Below are positions 34,129 to 45,883 of a stretch of DNA of 64,000 nucleotides, one piece after another. The stretch is from Sarea resinae. Its lineage: Eukaryota. The position numbers and the translations under genes were made by a program. Every line of letters begins with the position of its first letter. Within the stretch, counting starts at the first letter, position 1. Where the stretch lies: contig JAPEUD010000003.1 of assembly GCA_026026165.1 (NCBI GenBank), positions 124,001-188,000 of the forward strand, written 5' to 3'. The notes under the pieces were generated by a model. It worked only from the letters and a program-made list of their open reading frames with translations. It did no database searches and was not told the DNA's origin.

Positions 34129-36694
34129 TCAAAAAGATAACAAGTCTCCGTTGGCGCCGCCGCCCATCTCGGGCTGATAGACCTGCTGCGGCATATTCTG
34201 GTTCACGACAAAGGCCCTTTCGCCGGGCGCGCCCGCGACAGGCGAGCTGATGCCGAAGCCGTCGTCGGCGAGGTTCATGCCCGCCATGTTCTGGGAGCCG
34301 ACGCCGGCGAAGTAGACATCGGCGGCGTCGACGGCGGCGGCGAGATTGCCTCCTCCTCCTGCTGCTGCGGCGCCGCCCGCGTTGGCGTTGCCCGTGGTGA
34401 GGGGGCTGGCGGCGTTGGAGTTGGAGACTTGGGAGGCCAGATTGCGCTGGTGCGCGAGCTGCAATGTGGTCGGGAGTCGGTGCTTCTGCAGTGCGGGAGA
34501 GTCGTGGAGACGTTTGGGTCTCGCGGTCCGGAAGACTTGGTGGACGGGCTTCAGATAGACGGTCGCGAGCGTGCCGACGTTCAGACACATTTCCTCCAGG
34601 GTCGCCGGGTCGAGCTTCTCCGATTCCGCCGTGATGGGGGGTTTCTCGCCCATGACCACCTGCTTGGCTGTTGCAGGGTCCGACGACAACAGACGCCAGT
34701 ACATGTATCCCCGGTCGCGCAGGTCGGGATTGTCGGTTTCTTCTGTGGCCCATTTGAGGACTTTGGGCACGAGGTCCTGACCCTTGGTCGGGCGCTGGAT
34801 GAATAGTTTGACCGTTGCTGTGAGCAGAGCAAGTTGGACCTCAACGGGCTCATCGGCGAACGTGAAGAGAAAATCGTCAAGCAGAACATCCGAGTTGTCT
34901 ATCCTGTCGGCGTATTGACCTATAACCCAGATCATGGCTGCTTTTGCCTCGGGCTCGTCCAGAGAGTCGAGGTTCTCACATAGTGTTGAGATGATAGATT
35001 CGTACTGATTGGGATACTTGCGGAAGATGTTGCGGATGACTACCGTTGCCTCCTGGACGATATAGGAGACCTTGGTGGCGACCAGCTCTAGTAGTGTGTT
35101 TATACATAGTCTCGCTGCTGGTTCGATCTTGATGGCTAATTTGCCTATCGCCCGGACAGACTTTCGCACAAAGTGTACATCAATCTCTGTAGCGTACCTG
35201 AGTAAGGTCAGTGTTGCGATCTAGGGAGAGGGAACATTGATTGCGTACTCTCTCAACTCCGCCAAAACCTCACGGATATTCTTCTCTGTAGCCAGCATGA
35301 AGATCAATTCAAGCTTGGTGACTTTGACGTATATAGGATCGTTATATTTGCAAAAGAAAACGCGGATATCATTTCGGAGAACCTCAGGTCTCCTTTGCAA
35401 AATCAGTAAAGCATTTCGAAGGGCTAGATACTGAACTTCTGGCGGTTTCGCCAGCAGGGTAACGAGCGGAGGAGATAGTTTTCGACACAGAGACGATATT
35501 TGCTTATCATCGTCAATGTAATTCATAAGGTAGAGAATGACTCGGATGCAGGTGAGGACGACTGCCGAATTTTGATGAGAGAGGCGTGGTGATATTCGCT
35601 CGGCAAGAAGAGACGCTTCGGAGGTGTCCTGAGGCACATAGGACATTAGAGCTTCTAGGATATAAGTTTGGCCCCATCTGATACCTGTCAGCTATTGTGT
35701 GGTTGCCAATGAGACGTAAACATACTCTGAACAATCTGGCAGGATCTGAACGATCTTCGAAGCACTTCCATAATCGATAGTAAGCTTGATTGTGTCACTC
35801 CTTTCCCAAATGTCCGTCAGACTCGCCAACGCGCTGGAAACGACTGTAGGATTCTCGTCTCTTAGCATTAGATTTAGTCTGTCGATAAGGTCGGACCCCT
35901 CGACCAGACTTCGATCGTGATCGTAGAGCTTTGCCACGCAGAATGCGGCAGTCTTGCGTACGTAAGGATCGGGATCTCTGAGGAGTTTCCGTAGGGGTTG
36001 CACCGTAGCCTCGACAAATTCGCGGACGTGGATATAAGATATCGTCCGCAGAGCCAGAGCACGCACAAGGGGGTTATTGTCGTCCATATCCTGAGCCTCA
36101 CGTCAGCTCTGTAGTCGGTCTCATGATTTGAGACTCACAGCAATAAGTATTGGCAAAGCCTTCATGGCCACCTCTGGTTTCATTCGCGCATAGTTGACAA
36201 GATAGAGGAAGCACCTGAGCGGCATTAGCGTTATGCTGCCTGGAACATCGCAGACGAAGACTTACATTTTCTTGATCTCTAAACTAGAGATCTGCATGCA
36301 GTTCACAATGTCTGGAAAAAGGGCCACCATATCATTATTGCTCATGGTCATGTTCGCGACAACCTTCTTCAACGCAATCTTCTTGGCGGAGTTATTCTTG
36401 TCCTTCTTCCCTCCACTATTCAGCTCCATACGTAGTTCAGCTACCTTGCCCTATAGCGGTCGAACATAAAGTGAGTCTTGATTCCCATTGTATGAGGGGA
36501 TTATGACGGGTGAAAACGAGCATGAAGTTCGATCATAGATCGCATATTGGCAAGCGCTAGGGTGCTCAATTGACTCCTCTCATACACAAAGAGATCGAAC
36601 GATGTAGGTCAAAGGTAGATGAACGAGAGTATGACAGGAAAGAGAATAGGCATACCCTGGCGAAGAGCTTCGCATCTCCTCCGCTGGAACTCAT
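34129..36694 (-). CDS. APL1: AP-2 adaptor complex beta subunit
   Basis: Exons 36694-36656, 36450-36266, 36214-36139, 36090-35726, 35677-35249, 35197-34129. N-terminus [20 protein letters not shown]; adaptin motifs [35 protein letters not shown]. Confidence 0.92.
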
Positions 36695-37240
36695 TGTGGG
36701 CGCGTTGCGGACTCCGAAATAAGCAGGGCGGCGGAAGGTGCTTGCAAGAGGTCATTCAATATCTGGTACAGTTCAGCCAGAGACGGCGCTGCGAATAATA
36801 GCCTCCGAAGCAGGTGGAGCAGAGGTAGAAGTCGACAGCTCTCTACGAGTATGATATTATGTCGATTGACGGAGCTCAGGAGGGGTTGCGACAGCCGTGA
36901 TGCTTGAAGGATGTCATGGACTCATAAGACTTGACGTGGACAGAAATGGGATATCTTCGAAAAATGCTCAGCACAGACCGACTTTCTATGTTCAGATCAG
37001 CTTCCCAGTAGTCGTCGTTGAATCTGGAGAATCATGAGCTCCGTACGAATACAACCGATACATCCAATGGTGATCTTACAACCGCGTAATCCCGTATCCG
37101 GATACGCCCAGATTCGCTACTGCGACCTACAAAGACCTCGTATGTCATGTCTATCGGATCACAGCTCCCATCAACCCAAGCCTCAACTCTCACAACACGT
37201 TCCGATACGCATACGTCCAGCTCGATTCGATATCATCGTC

Positions 37241-37949
37241 ATGGCTCGAGAACAAATGTCCCCACCTCCACCCCCGCCGCGGTGGGTCCTCGATCTCAAC
37301 TCCAAGACACCGGCCAAGCCGAAATGCACAAGCATTCCCGATCCGCCAGGCTACTCTGCCGCCTTGAGCTCAGGGAGCAGCAACAAGGTCCGCAATACAA
37401 CCCTTTTGTACACCCATAGACAACGACGATATAACAAGCTATCACTAACACTCATCACCGACAGAGACAGCAGTCAAAAACCCAACCTGCCCCACCAAAA
37501 GGCCCGACCCCCGAAGAGATGGACACCCTCAAACTCAAAAAATCCTGGGAGCTCGCTCTCGGCCCCGCAAAGCAAATCCCCATGAATGCCATAATGATGT
37601 ACATGTCTGGCAACTCTCTACAGATCTTCAGCATCATGATGGTGTACATGTTGTTCAAGACGCCGATTCAAGGACTGCTGAACACCAACCAGGCGTTTGC
37701 ACGCTTTGAGTCTGACCGGCTGAAGAGCCAGCTTTTGGGTGTTAAAGCTGTCTACGTGCTCATGCAGTGTTTGGGACTGGCGCTTGCGATCTGGAAAGTC
37801 AATGGCATGGGCTTGTTACCGTGAGTCTGGTTCGATCCTGATGCCGTGGTGCTTACCTGACTGACAACCACAGGACCACAACTTCGGACTGGCTGGCCTG
37901 GGAAGTTGCGAGAGAGCCATTGGAACGGGCCATACCAGCATTTAGATAG
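37241..37949 (+). CDS. EMC4: ER membrane protein complex subunit 4
   Basis: Exons 37241-37387, about 37465-37820, 37874-37949. Motifs KKSWELALGPAKQIPMNAIMMYMSGNSLQIFSI and MGLLPTTTSDWL. Confidence 0.93.
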
Positions 37950-38222
37950 CTTTCTTTTCTAGCTCAAACCTAGTCTTCTACATTCTCCTATGTCAGGCTG
38001 GTTGTAATCGGCTGCGAACCTCTCTTCCACAATCATCTCGTCTTATGATCCTCTCGGCTCACCCTTCTGCTGCTCATTCGGCGTTGAGGGTATCAGCGCA
38101 CCGGAGGAACATCGTCACTGTCTATATGTGAATTGCCGTCCAAACAATCAATTGCTACATTTCATGCGAAAGTCTACGGACGTGCTACATACATCCTCGC
38201 TAATCCATGATTATACAACATC

Positions 38223-41200
38223 CTAATTCTGGCCTTCCCATCCCACCCATGACCTCGGCATTACTCTCCAGACCTTGACCTCACCACTTCTTAGATCTCC
38301 AACCTTGAAACTCTCCATCTTGACCTTCTTACTCTCTCTGCCTTGTTCCCACGCCCGAATCTTCTTTTTCGTTCCATCCCAATCCACGACGATGCCAACA
38401 TGGTCAGGCTTTCCAACCTCCGCGCTGTATTTCTGGTGCATAGTCCCCTTGTGGCCCTGAAATTTGGCATTACGGAGGGTAAGAACATCACCTGCGCGTA
38501 TCTCATCGAATTGTTGTACGGAAGCATTTGCAAGATTTGCGTAGACCAGTGCACCATACGCGCGGGTACCGACCGGAAGCAGGGCCCCAGATAATGGCTT
38601 CAGGAGCTCAAGCACTAGTCCATGCGCGCTGCCATCGCCGACGATTGAATTCTGCTTTGCGGATGCGGCTTCCGATATGCGTTGGCCGAAACTGGTATGA
38701 GCTTCTTCAAGTTGATCTTGCCTAGGTCGAGAGGGTGGAGGCTCTTGGCGCTGCTCCAGCACGACATTCGAAGGATCACTGGCGCTGAAGCGAGCAGTAA
38801 CAACAGTCTGGGAATAGTCGACAAAGAGGATGTACACATCCTTTGAGATGGTCCCGCCGCGTCCTGGGGTGTTCGACTCTTCGACTTCATATATAATATC
38901 CTTTCGACCCTGCAACGTAGGAGGAACCGTATTGGCTTGTGCCCACCAGCGGGAAGACTCTCCCATATCAATATCCCTAGCGATGTACCCGTGCTCGCCT
39001 GTCGGTCTAGCTTGGTCCATTGATCTTCTGGATGTCTGAGTGCGCGGAACTTCCATAGATTGACGAGCTGGGCCCCAGCTTGACATCGAGCCTGCTGCAG
39101 GCGGAGGGCCTTGCGGAGGATGAGCGGGAGGCGGAGGAGGCGCTCGATCGTGTGGCGATGCAACGTGTGGAGGGACAGGCGGAGGCTGTGGGAGCATGGA
39201 GTGCCGTTTTGGTGAGAGATTAGAGTACAAGTCTTCATCAGGCGACGCTGCAGCATAAGTATCCTCTAGGCTTTCATTGATTCCTTGACCAGGAACACCA
39301 CGCTTTGATGCGGTATAGCGGAAGGGATCGTACTCCTCGTCGTCATCCTCGAAAGACTGCTCCTTTGCAGGCGGAACTGGTGGTGGTGCAGCTCGAGGCA
39401 TATCTACGGACTGTCTATTAGACTTCGGCGGATGACTTGGTGGAGGAGGGGGTGCCGCTCTTGGTCCCCCGGTGGGAGGGACTGGCGGTGGTGCTCCTAT
39501 TGGTGCATCATCCGTCAAGGTCTCGTCCAGGCTCGATGCCCTATCATCCGTTTTCAAGGCGTTCTTGTGGGTAGCTCCAGGTGCAATATCGGTGTCATAA
39601 TCCCCGTCATATTCAGACTCTTCCTTATCACTCTCTTCTCGAACGCTAGGCTTTGTAGAAGGTGCAGCAGCTTTTGAATCCCCCGTCGATTGCCGGCTCG
39701 GGGGGGCTGCGGCCTGGGGCGGGGGTGGGGGTGGTGGACGAGCTTGGACTGGAGGAGGTACCATAGGAATTGAATTAGGAATAGGTGGAACACGACTCAA
39801 TCTCTTTCCACTTGTTCCTGGGGCAGTAGGAGAAGAGGGCGAAGCAGCGTCAGCGCCGAAATAAGAACTTCGTCTGGCTGGTGGCACTACTGGTGATCGC
39901 TCTTCCTCAGGCCTACTTGGGGCACTCGGGGATGCGATGCTGGGCGTCCTTAACGTGTCGGCAAGCGGGGTTCGAATCGACAATCTCTTTTGGTGAGAAG
40001 ACAATTCATCGTCCGACTCGGACCCAGCACTTGGCGAGAATGGCGGGTTCTGTGGCGTTGGTTGGAACGGACGAGCTATAGTTGAGAGATCAGGATTATT
40101 ATAAGGGTTGGATATTGAGCCCTTGTACTAGACTTACCTTCGGTAGGTAGAGCTGGAGGAGCTGGTCGATTTCCTGGCACTGGTGGAGGTATCCCTGCTT
40201 CGCTTGTTGGAGTTTCCGGAACGTGTCGGTCTAGTAGCCCGATTAGAAGCTATAGCGGATGCAATAAGTAGTGAATCTTACCATGTATGGGGACTGGAGG
40301 AGCCTCCCGTCCTTCTTCTGATCGGCGGGCCGTGCGCGGCGTTCCAGAATCCACCTCTTCAACATCGGGTACTACCTCCCCACTACGCTCCTCTAAGATT
40401 GAGTGTCGCTTGGGTTCTTCCTCTTTTTGAACAGATATTTGCTCCTCCTCTGGCTCCGGACTGCGAATTTGCTGCATACCAGGCATTGGCATGATTGGTA
40501 TCCGAGGCGAAGTGAGAGGGGGTTCTGCCGTCTCAAGCTCCACCTCTTTCTTGTGACTGCCACTGGCTTTTTGCCTTGGGCCGCCTTGCATCGGAGGCAG
40601 GCCGCCTGGAGGACCAAACATACCATACATGCCCATCCCACCGCTCATTTTTGCCATTCGCTCACGGATCTCCAGTTTACGCTTGACCTCAGGATCAACG
40701 TCATCGTCATCCTCCTCTTCCTCCTCATCCACATCCTTATCATCTTCATCTCTATTAGGAGGCTCTTGGCCTCGCGACGAAGCTGTCTCTGTACGGACGA
40801 GTGGCTCATGCCGTGACTTCTCATCAGTATCAACGGATAGTTCACCAGCATCTTCTGTTGTCTCCCCAGCCGCGGATTGATCTGCATCATTTGCGTCGCT
40901 CAGGAATTCAGTTGGTGCAATGGTAGGGCTTCCCGGGTGGGCCGGCACCCCTGATGACTTGCGCCTAGGAGGACGGGCAGTAGATGCACCTTCATCCCGA
41001 TTTATGTCCATAGATCGCTTGCTAGCAGTCCCGGTGCTATCAACTTTCTCTAGCTCCGCTCCCTCGGCACTCTCTACAGCTTCTGTCCTTTCATGTGATT
41101 CGGTGCGTTTCTTTGCTGGGCGCTTTGGCTTCTCTTTCTTGTGCACAGCCTCCGCATGCCGAGCAGCTTGTTCTGCCTGCTGCTTCTGAAGCAAGGCAAT

Positions 41201-42094
41201 TCTCTCTTTCAAGCTGGTAGGCTTTGGCTGATCTTCCTCATCATTCGAGGGAGAAGTCGGGGCCACTGGAGGGGGCCTCTCGGATGCCTCAGATTCTCGC
41301 GCGGCGTTCTCTGCAATGTCCGGATCCTCTTCTCTTCTATATATTTTCTGAGGAGGTGGCTCACGCGGGGTCGGAACATAGGCGTTTCTACTGGGAGGCG
41401 GAGCGACGAACGGCTTTTTGATGAAGCTTGAGCTGGTCGAGCTGGCACCTCCCGGTTTGAATGGTGCAATCGGCGGTGCAGCAGGCTTGTTGAAGGCAGC
41501 GATGCGATCTCTGAATGAACCTCCGCTTGGTTTCTCAGCTACAGCCGGAGGAGGTGGCTTTGAAGCAACTGGTGGTGCGGGCTTCGGCACGGAGGTAGTG
41601 GCAGGTTTGACCTCTGCGGGTTTTGGTGGTTCTGCAGGCGGCAAGGACCTCGACTTGGACTTCGAACTAGATGGCGAGGCTGGAGACTGAACATCATTTG
41701 CCGTGGCGGTAGGTATCTGCCTTGAAGGTGTCGTAGGCTGTTGTCGCTCAGCTGGCTCAATCTCTTCGGGAGCATGCTCCTCGATTTCCTCAGGCTCTTC
41801 CGAGACTTTGGCGGGCGTAGGCGGGGTAGCTGGCGCTACAGGTTCGGCCTCTTTCCTTGGTCGATTGATGCGAGTCGGTCGAGGGGGCGGTGCGGGCTCA
41901 TATCTTTCGACGAAGTTCTTTGGAAATAACCCCTCCTTGCTTTCCCCCGAAGCGTCCTCATATCGGCCAAAGTACCAATCTGGGTCCTCTTCCTCGGTCA
42001 CTGTAATGACCTGACCATTGGGAAAATTCAGGTCGTCATCGTGTTCCGAAGTGTAATCATACACCGCCTTGACCTTGAAGGGTGGGACAGTCAT
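38223..42094 (-). CDS. BBC1: SH3-domain actin-patch protein (Bbc1/Mti1-like)
   Basis: Exons 42094-40282, 40230-40138, 40075-38223. N-terminal SH3 (VKAVYDY...WYFG...GLFPKNFV), SFRDRIAAF, SLKERIALLQ, RERMAKMSGGMG, Pro-rich middle region, conserved C-terminal domain ending VWRVMPRSWVGW. Confidence 0.88.
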
Positions 42095-42743
42095 GGCGGC
42101 AAGCCAGATTCACGACGCCAAGCGCTGTACTGCACCACCGGATGGTAAATTTCGATCTCGCCTCGAATGCTGGATAATATGCGGCGAATGATGGGATGTT
42201 GGTATTGCGATATCAACGTCCACGGTGATGGCAAATGTTCCTGCACAGGGTCAAATGAGACACTCGGCCGTGTCTAATGTAGTGTACGACGTACGTCAGC
42301 CACCGTTCGACGACGTGAGTGAGCACCAGGCGGAGGCCGAGGGAGAGGGCAGGAGGGAAGAGAAGAGCAGACATACGGGGATATTATCTCCTGGCCAGGC
42401 TCCTGCTGCCGATAAGCAACAATGCGTGTCAGGATGAGACAGGTGGGTTCGTCAGTGCGAACATGGAGGGCGGTGATCAATGTTGTTTCAGTGTTGTTTG
42501 GTGCCGGGCCTGACTGAAGTGGTTCGGCACCCAAGTGCAAGCGCAGTCATGAGCATGGGCAGTATGAGGTCTACAGCGTACCACGACTGCGAGTACGTAA
42601 GGGAGGTAGTCGACTACTTCTAGGTAGTAGGTCAGATAGGTGAGGTCCGTACGAAGTACTCGTACCTGATGTGTACTCGCCGCTCCACTATTTCTCCGAA
42701 TGTGTAGAGATACCTTACCCTGTAGAGTAGTACGCCTTGAGGA

Positions 42744-42966
42744 CTACTCCGGAGTAGGTCCTCGGTCGAGGGTGCGATTGCATTACGGTATCCTTCTACG
42801 TAAATGACGCTGGTGGTATGAAACGTGCAGCTGCCATGGAGGGTCAAGTGCAGGTGGTTACGACGACCGTCCTCGATGCCCCAAGGCCCTGGAGTCTTCT
42901 AGTAAGAATAAGGCAATACTGAGTACAGATACTAGGTGCCGACTTCATACAGCGTACTCCGGAGTA
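42744..42966. promoter_or_regulatory. Two TACTCCGGAGTA palindromes (42745, 42955) in the BBC1/RTR1 divergent intergenic region
   Basis: Two exact copies 210 bp apart. Confidence 0.45.
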
Positions 42967-43437
42967 ATCCATGGATGAACGGATGGTGACCGTACTAGAG
43001 CATGTCACGGACGAAGAGGACTACCTCACACTTGACCTATCAATCCATCAATCAATCTGATCTGCGATGGTATCGTCAATCGATGTTCGATTTCTCTGTC
43101 GACAGAAGAAGACTGCAGTCCATGAACAGTGGAGGGAGACGAATGAATGATGTGGACTCGGCCGGGGGCGGGTTGCGGGCACGTTGTCGCTTAATGTTAC
43201 AGTTACCATAGACCTTGTATGCATAGACCTTGTACCTTGGGCTCGTTCCGTCATCGCCAAAACGCCACAGACTCCATATCAAAGCTCGGCCTGCGCATTG
43301 ACCTTTTCTTACATAGTAGACATCTCGGGCTTCACTACGTACCCTGCTCACCTCACCTACCCTACCTCAAGCTATCCATCTCAGCAATCAAAAAACATGG
43401 GGCCTTTGATTGTCATCTCTTGACATTCTCTGCGACC

Positions 43438-44373
43438 ATGAGTACTGCGTCTACTGCGTCCGGCAAGAAAACGAGGTCCATCCTCAAAACCCCATCGGCC
43501 AAACCTGCCGAGATCTCACCTCAAAGCCCTGCGACTCTGCAGCGTGACCGCCAGATTCGCGAGACCGCCCTCTACCATGCGAATCTGATCCAACAACGCA
43601 AAGACGTCGAGGCCCAGATCCTCGACGCCACCGAGCGTCTTCTCGACTTTCCCAGCTTCGAGAGCGCCGACCCGGCTCGACCCTCGTCAAACGATACTGC
43701 CACGTTCAAGAACCTGCTGAAACCATTTCAACCCAGTGACTATGATTCCTTGATCGAAGAGCGCAACATCGACGGCAAGTGTGGATACGCGCTCTGTCCC
43801 CGCCCACCGCGGAAGGAGGGTACGGAGGCTACGTATCGAATCATCCGCAGCAAGGCTGCCGGGTTCAAGGTTATAGAGCGTGAGAAGCTGGAGCAGTGGT
43901 GCTCGGATGACTGCGCGCGGAGGGGGCTGTACGTGAAAGTGCAATTGAGCGAGGAGCCAGCATGGTTGAGGGCAGCCTTGAGCCATGCAGACGTCGTCTT
44001 GCTACATGAGACTGAAGATGGCCGCTTCAAAGACAGAGCGGTCGAGGACAAAATAGCCTCATCTGCGGAACGCGACGTGCATCTCGGGCTACAAGATTCC
44101 CAGGAGGGCAAATTAACCATCGCTCTACAAGAGCTTGCCTTGGAGAGAGGAGAGCCATCAACAGCAACGTCTTCGAATTTTCAGGAAATAGTAGTCCATG
44201 AAAATATTCCGCCGGGCGAATGTCTTCCACCTGCTGCTTATGGAGAAGGACTGCATAGTGCTATCGAAGGCTATGAGCCCAAGGATCACGCGTCGAGGCA
44301 TCGCGAGCAAGTTGCCGAGAACTTTGATAAGAAAGATGAAGATGACGAAAGTGATACAGATTGGGGTCTTTGA
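43438..44373 (+). CDS. RTR1: Rtr1/RPAP2-family RNA polymerase II CTD phosphatase
   Basis: Zinc-binding signature FQPSDYDSLIEERNIDGKCGYALC...WCSDDCARR. ATG at 43438. Confidence 0.88.
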   Translation: MSTASTASGKKTRSILKTPSAKPAEISPQSPATLQRDRQIRETALYHANLIQQRKDVEAQILDATERLLDFPSFESADPARPSSNDTATFKNLLKPFQPSDYDSLIEERNIDGKCGYALCPRPPRKEGTEATYRIIRSKAAGFKVIEREKLEQWCSDDCARRGLYVKVQLSEEPAWLRAALSHADVVLLHETEDGRFKDRAVEDKIASSAERDVHLGLQDSQEGKLTIALQELALERGEPSTATSSNFQEIVVHENIPPGECLPPAAYGEGLHSAIEGYEPKDHASRHREQVAENFDKKDEDDESDTDWGL

Positions 44374-44759
44374 TATTCTGTTTGAGATGGGCGTTTCACT
44401 ACTCTCTGGCGTGCATTGGTCAAGTATCTTTCCCACATGGACTTGGAGTTCAAAATAAGCACTGCTTGAATAAAGGTCATTGGGTGGCTATTTTGTTTGG
44501 CAGCACGGATTTTTGGCAGCACGGACGGACGACCGAGGCTTAGCATCTAGGTTCTCGCTTTCAAAAACCAATTGCTTGACCCCGAGAATTACCTCACAAG
44601 TCACGCATGGGACGAGTTTGGCAATCAAGCTTCGTCTGATAGACTCCGCGACACCTTGTGTTGACGTGATTGTATTTGACTATGGCTCCCCGGCCAGGCT
44701 CCGTAAAGCGATCTGGCTAGAATCCATCGCGACCGTAAACATCCTAAACCATCCAACAC

Positions 44760-45382
44760 CTAGGTTCTTGGAGGTCGGTCACCGAAGCGTCGGGGACGCT
44801 CAGTGACTTGCTGTTGAGAGACCGCAACGACATTAACTGGGATCGAATCGAACTATGGCAGGAAAAGTCAGTATCGAATGTATAAGCCCAAGGGGACTTT
44901 CCCTCGGAGGAATACATACACCCAGGCTCTTCAACAGATCCTTCGTCTCGCCATCAACATCCAGTTGGCCGCTCTCGGAGTTTTGGGTGAAATCAAGGGC
45001 GGAGATCTCGGGGACGTATTGATCCTTGCGCTCGCGCTCCTCTTCTTGCAGCTTGAATGAGATGCCGCGGACCGGTCCTCGCTGAATACGCTTCATCAAA
45101 TGGGTGGTGTAGCCAGCAATCTAGAGAAACATCAGTCAGAGGCCCCGGAGACGCGCGGAAGCGATAAGTCTGACCTTGTTGCGAAGACGCTTTGAGGCGA
45201 TGATGGCGATCTCATCGCATATTCTCTTGTTGGTCTCGAAGTCCAGGGTGAGCTTGGGATAGTACCGCTCAATGATGACCTTGGCGGACTTCTTGACAGT
45301 CTGGATTGTTTCAGTCAGTACAATCTTCACATCTGTCGTTTGATTGTCATCAAGAGCTGACCTTTGTGCGAACGCGACCCAT
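44760..45382 (-). CDS. RPS17: 40S ribosomal protein S17 (eS17)
   Basis: Exons 45382-45362, 45300-45175, 45120-44920, 44852-44760. Reads [21 protein letters not shown]...[24 protein letters not shown]. Confidence 0.97.
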
Positions 45383-45503
45383 GTTTGCGGTTTGTCGTGG
45401 ATGTCGATGCGGTCGTTGGTCGTTGATGGTCCTTTCACTTGTATCGAAATCTTTGAGGTTGTGGGCAAATTGGGGCTTTCGCCTAGGGCTAGCCCGCTTG
45501 ATT

Positions 45504-45511
45504 TCACGTGA
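45504..45511. promoter_or_regulatory. TCACGTGA E-box (Cbf1-type bHLH site) upstream of RPS17
   Basis: Palindromic E-box about 120 bp upstream of the RPS17 ATG. Confidence 0.45.
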
Positions 45512-45883
45512 TCGCGATCGATCATCAGCAATGCGTACCTACGGCACCTACCTCCTAAGGTACCTACATTACCTTAGGTAGCCTGAATAATCGTCAACCC
45601 ATCGTACGGAATACTTCGTAGTTCGTACTTACCTTAAAAAACATATCTCAGGTATTCAGGTACCTTGATCCATCTAAAGCTATCAAGAGATCTCTCTTAC
45701 TAAGGAGTATCCATGGATACATATGCGGAGCAGGTAGATTGGGAAAAGACATCCATTGTGCAGGCAATTTGCCCAGGTATAGACCATAAATAGAATTCAA
45801 CATTCGAATAGATGATAGATGTACACTCTTCTATACTACAAAACCTGTAAAATCTTGACGATCTACTTGATTGCGGCAGTTGC

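Noticed and set aside
39969..39978. GGTTCGAATC tRNA T-loop-like word
   Set aside because: It lies inside the BBC1 coding exon and no cloverleaf can be built around it.
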